A stretch of DNA of 55,943 nucleotides from an uncultured Candidatus Saccharibacteria bacterium (GTDB taxonomy: Bacteria > Patescibacteriota > Dojkabacteria > SC72), in NCBI GenBank assembly GCA_964536135.1, contig CAZHVM010000003.1:1-55943 (forward strand), given 5' to 3'. A model generated the notes under the pieces. The model saw only the letters and a list, made by a program, of their open reading frames with translations, had not been told where the DNA came from and made no database searches. Each line of letters starts with the position of its first letter. Position 1 is the stretch's first letter. The translations under genes and the position numbers were made by a program. This document shows positions 20,620 to 27,702 of this stretch, in pieces.

Positions 20620-21423
20620 ATGAAGATATCAATAATAACGGTAGTTTTAAATAATGAGAAGACAATAGAAAGGGCAATTTCCTCTGTACTTAAGCAAGAA
20701 TATGCGGATATAGAACATATTGTTATAGATGGTGGCTCTACAGATAATACACTTAAGATATTAGATAAATACAAAAAAGATATAGACATTCTTAAGTCAG
20801 AGAAAGATGGTGGTATTTATGATGCTATGAATAAGGGTATTCTATTAGCAAAGGGCGATATAATATATTTCTTAAACTCTGATGATAAATTCTTTGATAA
20901 GCGCGTTGTATCAGATTTTATGAAAGAAATTAAGAAGAATGAAAAATATGACTATTTCTATGGAGGGATAGTATGTAACAATATTTTTGGGTGGAAATCA
21001 AAGAATATAAAAATGAAAGCGATTCCAAATCTCTCGATTAAGTTTGGTCACAATATCCCACATCAATCATTGTTTGTAAGAAAAGAATTGTTTGACAAAA
21101 TAGGTCTGTTTAATCCTGAGTATAGGGTAAATGGTGATTATGAGTGGGAGTGTAGATTAGTCAAGGGAGGATTCTCGGGTTTATTTATTCAAAGATTGGT
21201 TTCTTTTTATGATCAAAATGGTTTTTCCTCAAAAATCAGTTGGGATCCTTATAGAGAGAAGCTATTCATTATTAAAAGTTATTTCGGCCTTTTTTATTTT
21301 TTCATATTTTTATTTCATAGCTATTTGAAATATCCATTAGTCTTTATTTTATCAAGATTAAAACTTGCTGGACTGGTTTCTATGTTAATTAATAAGATCA
21401 AGAGAACATCATATGATAAATAG
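20620..21423 (+). CDS. GT2-family glycosyltransferase
   Basis: Motifs ISIITVVLNNEKTIERAISSVLKQEY...HIVIDGGSTDNT and YFLNSDD. Confidence 0.85.
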   Translation: MKISIITVVLNNEKTIERAISSVLKQEYADIEHIVIDGGSTDNTLKILDKYKKDIDILKSEKDGGIYDAMNKGILLAKGDIIYFLNSDDKFFDKRVVSDFMKEIKKNEKYDYFYGGIVCNNIFGWKSKNIKMKAIPNLSIKFGHNIPHQSLFVRKELFDKIGLFNPEYRVNGDYEWECRLVKGGFSGLFIQRLVSFYDQNGFSSKISWDPYREKLFIIKSYFGLFYFFIFLFHSYLKYPLVFILSRLKLAGLVSMLINKIKRTSYDK

Positions 21424-21432
21424 GTACTTTTT

Positions 21433-22224
21433 ATGAAAACTTCAGATGAAAAATGTAATATATGTGGTTCTGTAATGTCGCCCATGTTTAGGGCAAAGAT
21501 ATTAGATAGATATGAGATTCAATATTCTCAGTGTTCTAATTGTCTTTTTGTTCAAACAGAGCCAGCATACTGGTTAAAAGAGGCATATGAGGCTCCAATG
21601 GATAGCAGTGATACTGGCGTTTTGCAGAGAAATATACTCTTTAGTCTTAAGACATCATTGCTTATTCATTTTTTATTTAATAAAAAAGGACGATATCTTG
21701 ATTATGCCGGCGGATGGGGTGTTTTTACTAGGCTTATGAGGGATAGGGGCTTTGATTTCTATTGGTATGACCCTTATACAGAGAATAAATTCGCCAGAGG
21801 TTTTGAAGGGGAATTAAATACAAAATATGAGCTTCTAACGTTATTTGAGGGATTTGAACATTTTGATAACCCTCGGGAAGAATTTAAAAAAATATTCAAG
21901 CTATCAAATAACATCCTCTTTTCAACAGAACTTGTTCCGAAACCAACGCCAAACCCTAAGGAATGGTGGTATTATGGCTTAAACCATGGACAACACATAT
22001 CGTTTTATTCAAAGGAAACTCTTGAGAAAATTGCGAAAGAATACTCGTTTTTCTACAATACAAATGGCAACAACATACATCTGTTTTCAAAACAAAAAAT
22101 CCCAAGAGTTATCTTTAGATTTTTGACATCAAAATTTGGACTTCTACTTCTTCCTTTTGTATTTTATACAAACAAATCGAGGAGTTTTTCTGATTATGAG
22201 GAATTGTTAAGGCGAAAAGTATAG
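21433..22224 (+). CDS. class I SAM-dependent methyltransferase with an N-terminal Cys4 zinc ribbon
   Basis: CNICGS...CSNC at the N-terminus, then an LDYAGGWGVF (motif I-like) Rossmann start. Confidence 0.65.
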   Translation: MKTSDEKCNICGSVMSPMFRAKILDRYEIQYSQCSNCLFVQTEPAYWLKEAYEAPMDSSDTGVLQRNILFSLKTSLLIHFLFNKKGRYLDYAGGWGVFTRLMRDRGFDFYWYDPYTENKFARGFEGELNTKYELLTLFEGFEHFDNPREEFKKIFKLSNNILFSTELVPKPTPNPKEWWYYGLNHGQHISFYSKETLEKIAKEYSFFYNTNGNNIHLFSKQKIPRVIFRFLTSKFGLLLLPFVFYTNKSRSFSDYEELLRRKV

Positions 22225-22261
22225 AACATTTACAAAACTCAGTAGTTATCGTTAAGAATAC

Positions 22262-23023
22262 TTATTTTTTAAGAACAAAGATACCGTCAACTTGTAGCAA
22301 CCGACCCGTTGAAGGATCAGCAAATCCATTTTCTAATGAGAATAATTGAAAACCTTTTTTTTCAAGATATTTTATCATCTCAACAAATAACATTTCATTC
22401 TCGTACAAGGGAAGTAAAGACATCTCTAGTTGGATGATTCTGATATTCTTCAAAGATTTAGTTGCTCCCTCCAAGACGTTCTTTTCATATCCTTGTGTAT
22501 CTATTTTTATCATGACATTCTTTTTAGGAGTACAAAAGGATTTATAAATAAAATCAAGTGTTTTAATATTAATCTCTTGTTGAGCGATATACTTTGATTC
22601 TGGAGCACTATTTAAATGATTTGGAAGCATCTCTAAAATTGAGCTACTATATGAGTTTCCAGCTACATTTATTGTACTTTTCGTATTCTTATTCCCAAGT
22701 GCATAATTATTAACAATCCAGTTTTTATCTTTCGAGGAAACTTTTTCCAACTCCTGAAAAGCACTGTTTAAAGGTTCGAAAGATATTATTTTTCCGGTGT
22801 ATCCCATCTCCCTCATATTTTTAGAGTATTGCCCACAATTTGCTCCTATATCAAATAAAGTGTTGATTTTGTAATGACGAATTATCTTCATTCGTCTTTT
22901 AGTATCAAAATCAGGATAACTTCTAATCTCTAATCCAATCTTTTTGAGTAATTTGTTCGATAGACGGCCGATATTTTTTGTTGATGCAATTATTATATTC
23001 GGATTTTTGTCTTTTTTCTGCAT
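22262..23023 (-). CDS. FkbM-family SAM-dependent methyltransferase
   Basis: Motifs LFDIGANCGQYS and IKIDTQGYEKNVLEGA. It is the only minus-strand gene in the 24-kb glycan island. Confidence 0.8.
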   Translation of the reverse strand: MQKKDKNPNIIIASTKNIGRLSNKLLKKIGLEIRSYPDFDTKRRMKIIRHYKINTLFDIGANCGQYSKNMREMGYTGKIISFEPLNSAFQELEKVSSKDKNWIVNNYALGNKNTKSTINVAGNSYSSSILEMLPNHLNSAPESKYIAQQEINIKTLDFIYKSFCTPKKNVMIKIDTQGYEKNVLEGATKSLKNIRIIQLEMSLLPLYENEMLFVEMIKYLEKKGFQLFSLENGFADPSTGRLLQVDGIFVLKK

Positions 23024-23104
23024 TCTGTCTGATTATATAAATTATCCTTGTATTATATTCTATATCTTCAAAAAGAAGAAATATCCAGACACATCTGATA
23101 ATAT

Positions 23105-24286
23105 ATGTCTATGCACATCATAATTGATGCAACTACAACTCAAGACCAAATGGCATATGCAGGACCAGGAAGATATACTAGAAATATCATCCTCTCCCTT
23201 GTTAAAGAATACCCAGATACAAAATATTCCATTCTACTTTTCAATAACAAACAATCAACATTAGATGATGAAATATCTAAATATCCAAATGCAGAGATAA
23301 TTAGAATAGGGGAATATAAAGACAACGATTACAAAAATGACATTACATATTTTAAACAAATACTTCCAGTTGTAAAAAAGATAAAACAAAAAGACAGCAT
23401 ATACTTCTGTCCATACTTTTGGAGAAACTTCCCCTCATACAGTATGCCTGTTGTACTCTTCGTCCATGATATGAACCTTCCAATGTTCAATATGTACTCC
23501 CAACAGTCTCCAATCCACAACGCAATTAGGGGAATACAATACTGGATGACTCTAAACAAATCTATGAAATGTAAACATATAATTACTAATTCTTTAAATA
23601 CTAAAACAGATTTTCTTAAATACTATCCAAAGTACCCAGAGCACAAAGTCTCTGTATCGTACATAGGAGTAGAAATAGAAGAAAAAGAAACATCCCTTGA
23701 GAACATACTCCCCAAAGATTGGAAAGAAAAACAGTATCTGATATATTTTGGAGCAGGAATTAGTAAAACCAAAAACTCCAAAGGAGCACTACTAGCATAC
23801 ATCTCTTTCCTTAAGACTCTAGATAAAGAAAAAGCCCCATACTTTGTAATAGCGGGTGGTAAATTTGAAGACAAGACAAAACCAGAAATTAAAGAACTCT
23901 ACGACATAATTGAAAAGAACAATATACAAGATAAAGTAATATTTACAGGCTTTTACAAAGATGAAGACAAATACTCTCTACTACACAATTCATTCGCATT
24001 CATACACCTCTCTCTTGCAGAAGGATTCGGGATAGCGCCAATAGAGGCAATGAGATCTAAAACTCCAACTATATTACACAGAAGCCCAGTATATGAAGAA
24101 CTTTTCTCTGAAGTATCTGTGATGGTAGATGGAAATAATTCAGAGCAAGTAGGATGTGCTATCAAAGATATATACAACAACCCAGACAAATACAAACAAC
24201 TTGTTGAAAAAGCATGTACTCTCTCACACAAATATACATGGGAGCAAAGTGCGAAGGTAACACATGAGGTATTTGAGAACTTATAG
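23105..24286 (+). CDS. GT4-family glycosyltransferase
   Basis: Motif LSLAEGFGIAPIEAMRSKTPTILHRSPVYEE and tail YTWEQSAKVTHEVFENL. Confidence 0.85.
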   Translation: MSMHIIIDATTTQDQMAYAGPGRYTRNIILSLVKEYPDTKYSILLFNNKQSTLDDEISKYPNAEIIRIGEYKDNDYKNDITYFKQILPVVKKIKQKDSIYFCPYFWRNFPSYSMPVVLFVHDMNLPMFNMYSQQSPIHNAIRGIQYWMTLNKSMKCKHIITNSLNTKTDFLKYYPKYPEHKVSVSYIGVEIEEKETSLENILPKDWKEKQYLIYFGAGISKTKNSKGALLAYISFLKTLDKEKAPYFVIAGGKFEDKTKPEIKELYDIIEKNNIQDKVIFTGFYKDEDKYSLLHNSFAFIHLSLAEGFGIAPIEAMRSKTPTILHRSPVYEELFSEVSVMVDGNNSEQVGCAIKDIYNNPDKYKQLVEKACTLSHKYTWEQSAKVTHEVFENL

Positions 24287-24342
24287 AAAGATAGTTATTA
24301 ACTTTCATTTCACTTTTTACGATTTTTGTTACACTTCTATCT

Positions 24343-24993
24343 ATGATTGCATTCATAGACGAATCAGGAGATCCAGGATTAGATGTTAAGAAAGGTGCTA
24401 GCCCTTATCTTGTCTTTGCTATGGTTATCTTTGAGAAAGAAATTGACATAACAGAAATTCAATATAAGATGACACGATATAGGAAAAAGATTGCGTACTC
24501 CCCTTCGTATGAATTCAAATTTAGAAAAAGCAGAAAGAAAATAATAATAGGGCTACTGAGCTCTGTTAAATCTTGTAATTTCAGAATAATGTCTTTGATT
24601 GTAGACAAAAGAAACTTGAAATTCAGTAAGAAAGTAAGTAGCAAGGAAATTTACAATTCATTATTATCGTTACTTCTCGATAAGTGCCTAACAAAGAAGG
24701 GAAATGTAAGGATAAGATTAGATGGAAAGGCAGAAAGAGAACTGCAGGCAAGTATAAAATCTTTTTTAAAAAGATATCTTCGCGCAAAAACCAAGGATGT
24801 AAAGTTAGATTTTAAAATTATAAATTCAAAAAATGACGATATAATTCAACTAACGGATATTATTGTTGGCAGTATAGCAAGAAGCTATATGGCTAATAAA
24901 AAAGATTCTGCAATATACAAAAAGATAATAGAGAAGCAAATAGAATTAGAATGGGTTTTGAATAAAGGCGATCTAGAGCCTATTCTGAAATAA
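24343..24993 (+). CDS. DUF3800-family protein
   Basis: N-terminal MIAFIDESGDPG motif and a late QLTDIIVGSI motif, recalled as typical of DUF3800. Not verified by search. Confidence 0.55.
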   Translation: MIAFIDESGDPGLDVKKGASPYLVFAMVIFEKEIDITEIQYKMTRYRKKIAYSPSYEFKFRKSRKKIIIGLLSSVKSCNFRIMSLIVDKRNLKFSKKVSSKEIYNSLLSLLLDKCLTKKGNVRIRLDGKAERELQASIKSFLKRYLRAKTKDVKLDFKIINSKNDDIIQLTDIIVGSIARSYMANKKDSAIYKKIIEKQIELEWVLNKGDLEPILK

Positions 24994-25104
24994 ATTCAGA
25001 AACGCACACCTGTAAGGCGACAGTTCGGACTCCAGATCTTTTCATCTGCATTATATCCATATGTGGTATATTATGTAAATATATCATCATGAAATCTTCA
25101 TAAT

Positions 25105-25593
25105 ATGGAAATAATTAGCATCATAATTTACGTCCTCCTAGGTATGGTTTCCCTCGCAGGCCTTGTTCTTGTTGTCATAAATCTCCCAGGTATCTGGCTC
25201 ATATATATATCTACCATAATCCTAGCCATAATGGATAAATTTGAAAACATAACTCCATTAATCCTAGTTATACTCTTCATTCTCTGCTTACTCTCCACAC
25301 TCTCAGACAACATAGCAGTAGCACTTGGAGCTAAAAAATTAGGCTCTACAGGATGGGGAATGGTAGGAGCAATACTTGGTGGACTAGTAGGAATGATCTT
25401 TGGTGGAATAGCAGGTATGTTTCTTGGACCACTGCTTGGAGCTACAATATTTGAAATAATATTTGCACACAAAGATGCGACTCAAGGTATTAAAGCAGGA
25501 TTAGGAACATTTATAGGAATCATCTTAAGCATTGTTTTTAGATTTGCCTTAAGCATAGGAATAATCATCTTTGTCATCTCTCGTGTACTGTAA
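25105..25593 (+). CDS. DUF456-family small membrane protein
   Basis: Four hydrophobic helices and a glycine-zipper segment (GWGMVGAILGGLVGMIFGGIAGMFLGPLLGA). Confidence 0.6.
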   Translation: MEIISIIIYVLLGMVSLAGLVLVVINLPGIWLIYISTIILAIMDKFENITPLILVILFILCLLSTLSDNIAVALGAKKLGSTGWGMVGAILGGLVGMIFGGIAGMFLGPLLGATIFEIIFAHKDATQGIKAGLGTFIGIILSIVFRFALSIGIIIFVISRVL

Positions 25594-26123
25594 CTAACCC
25601 AAACATTACCAAATACATCCTCTCTTACATTAACAATCATATCTTTTTTCTTTATATCCTTAAGAAATATCTCCTCCATCTCTCCACTAGCAATATCAAT
25701 TTTGTAGAAATGCTTCTCTAAGAAATCTACTGCAGTAGTTGCAATGACAATATCCTTATCCATATACAATGGACGAATTGTTTCGAAAAAACTCAACTCT
25801 TTTACAATACCTCTCTCACTGTCCAACACAGTAAATTTGGTAGAAAATTCCTTCTCACGCTGTATTATGTAATGTTCAATTCTGCAGAATATCAAACCAT
25901 CATCATATCCTACAAACTCATTCCCCTCTCTCTTCCCAATTTCCTCAACATCTCTTTGTAAGACATCCATTTCTAATATACTTTCCTCATTTACAAGCAG
26001 AACCCTCTGCGTATCTACATGTATTACCTGCTGGACATCTACAATATTTGCAACCATATACTCTGTTCTCTGCCCAGAAATTAAAACTGAAAGAAGATAT
26101 ATTACTGTTTTTAAATATCCCAT
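25482..26123 (-). CDS. hypothetical protein, probably co-transcribed with the M23 peptidase
   Basis: 213-aa ORF starting 16 nt downstream of the M23 stop, on the same strand. No recognisable motif. Its last 112 nt overlap the 3' end of the convergent DUF456 gene. Confidence 0.45.
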   Translation of the reverse strand: MGYLKTVIYLLSVLISGQRTEYMVANIVDVQQVIHVDTQRVLLVNEESILEMDVLQRDVEEIGKREGNEFVGYDDGLIFCRIEHYIIQREKEFSTKFTVLDSERGIVKELSFFETIRPLYMDKDIVIATTAVDFLEKHFYKIDIASGEMEEIFLKDIKKKDMIVNVREDVFGNVWVSYSTREMTKMIIPMLKANLKTMLKMIPINVPNPALIP

Positions 26124-26138
26124 ACTTAAACAACTAAA

Positions 26139-27644
26139 TTAATATCCCGGATGTGGATTATCTCCACTTAATCTCCCTGGTATGGACTTTGCATTCAAAG
26201 TAACAATCTTGCTCCAGTCTGTATTAATGTAATTTACAGGATTTACATGTGTACTCTGGTTTCTCCCCTTCCTAGTTTCAAAATGCAGATGGTACCCTAA
26301 CTTCTGACAATTCCATGCTCCAGAATTCCCACTTACACCAATTTTCTGTCCTTTCTTAACCCTGTCTCCAGTATTAACTAAAGCCTTTTCTAGATGGAAA
26401 TATGTAGTGTACATACCATTGTCTTGCTTGATGAGAAGATAGTTGCCACCAGAGAAACACTTCCCATTGTAGCTATCCCAACCCTTGCCAACGACAGTAC
26501 CATCTGAAACAGCCAGAACACTTTCTTTCACTACTCCAAAATCTATACCCTTGTGCGGTTTCTGGAACGCAGTATTCCCATGCCACTGTGTAACACCAAT
26601 TGGTTTACTAAATGGAAAAGAGAAAGGTTTCTTTGAAGTAGAAATATCTTTAGGGTCAAGAGAGTAAGAACCACCACCAGAAATGGAGATGTTAAACTCT
26701 GGAACAGTCATCACATATTTAAATCTCATTCTTAACTTCTCCTTTTTACGGAAATACCCAGCAAACAAAGAAAAAAGATTGCCTTCTTTTGTAAAAGACT
26801 TAATTGGGATATATAGATCTCCTTGGTAAACAGAAAAATATACATTCGGTTCTAAGTTGTAATTATGTGAAGTCACTAGCTCCTCTTTACACTTAAAAAA
26901 AGATACAGGTTTAAGAATATCTCTCCTACACCTGTATTCATCTACAACCACTGACACATTGCTTAAGAAATTTCCCTTAACTACAACACTGTAATCATCT
27001 ACAAATGGATACAGAGTAATCTCATTCAATTGAAGGGTGGGAATATTACATGACTCAGTAACAATCTTCTTCTTCAAATATTTAAACCTACATACAGTCT
27101 CTTCCTTTGTTACTCCCAAAACAGAAGCCGTAGAAGTATCCCACTCCATGTGTTCCTCCTCGTTCTTTACAATTGCAGGAATTTTCTTCTGAACTGTTTT
27201 CATCTTGGGAGGAATTGTAACCTTCTTTTGCTCAACAAGAGGTTTCTCCACAGGCTTTTGAGGCTCCTCGGGTGGAATTTTCTCTTGTGGTAGAAGTGTA
27301 TTAATACTAAACCTCCTAGATTCGGAGACATACGGATATGTTCCATCGAAGATATCTTTTCTCGCATACAGAACCCTCCATGCAAAAACATCGTAATTGG
27401 AAAGAGCACGAGTATGTTGCGTTTCGCTTCCTACAGGTACGAGCATATATGTAGACCAATTAAGGTAAAAAGCAATATCTAGTCTGTAAACATATTCATT
27501 TACTGTATCTGTATTCTCCCATTTGAAATTCACAATTCTATTAGTTAGATACTCATCTTTCTGTGGAGATATTAAGGTAACATCCGCAAAACAAACCGTT
27601 GTAGAAAACAAGAAAAAGAGTAGTGAAAACAATATCTTGTACAT
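26139..27644 (-). CDS. secreted M23 (LytM-type) metallopeptidase
   Basis: Motifs HKGIDFG (HxxxD) and GYHLHFE (HxH). The signal-like N-terminus MYKILFSLLFFLFSTTVCFA supports the ATG at 27644 rather than the track start at 27710. Confidence 0.88.
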   Translation of the reverse strand: MYKILFSLLFFLFSTTVCFADVTLISPQKDEYLTNRIVNFKWENTDTVNEYVYRLDIAFYLNWSTYMLVPVGSETQHTRALSNYDVFAWRVLYARKDIFDGTYPYVSESRRFSINTLLPQEKIPPEEPQKPVEKPLVEQKKVTIPPKMKTVQKKIPAIVKNEEEHMEWDTSTASVLGVTKEETVCRFKYLKKKIVTESCNIPTLQLNEITLYPFVDDYSVVVKGNFLSNVSVVVDEYRCRRDILKPVSFFKCKEELVTSHNYNLEPNVYFSVYQGDLYIPIKSFTKEGNLFSLFAGYFRKKEKLRMRFKYVMTVPEFNISISGGGSYSLDPKDISTSKKPFSFPFSKPIGVTQWHGNTAFQKPHKGIDFGVVKESVLAVSDGTVVGKGWDSYNGKCFSGGNYLLIKQDNGMYTTYFHLEKALVNTGDRVKKGQKIGVSGNSGAWNCQKLGYHLHFETRKGRNQSTHVNPVNYINTDWSKIVTLNAKSIPGRLSGDNPHPGY

Positions 27645-27685
27645 ACAGAAAATATATATTTTAAGGATGAAAAATCTATGAATGA

Positions 27686-27694
27686 TGGTATAAT
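27686..27694 (+). promoter_or_regulatory. candidate extended -10 element immediately upstream of secA
   Basis: TGGTATAAT at 27686-27694, only 8 nt before the secA ATG at 27703. Confidence 0.3.
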
Positions 27695-27702
27695 CAAAGT
27701 CA

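Noticed and set aside
25000-25045. GC-richer patch after the DUF3800 gene, as a tRNA fragment or small RNA.
   Set aside because: I could not fold it into a T-arm/acceptor structure (AGTTCGGACTCC lacks complementary flanks). Only a weak 5-bp hairpin (CAGAT-cttttc-ATCTG) is present. It is mentioned within the DUF3800 finding but not called as a feature.
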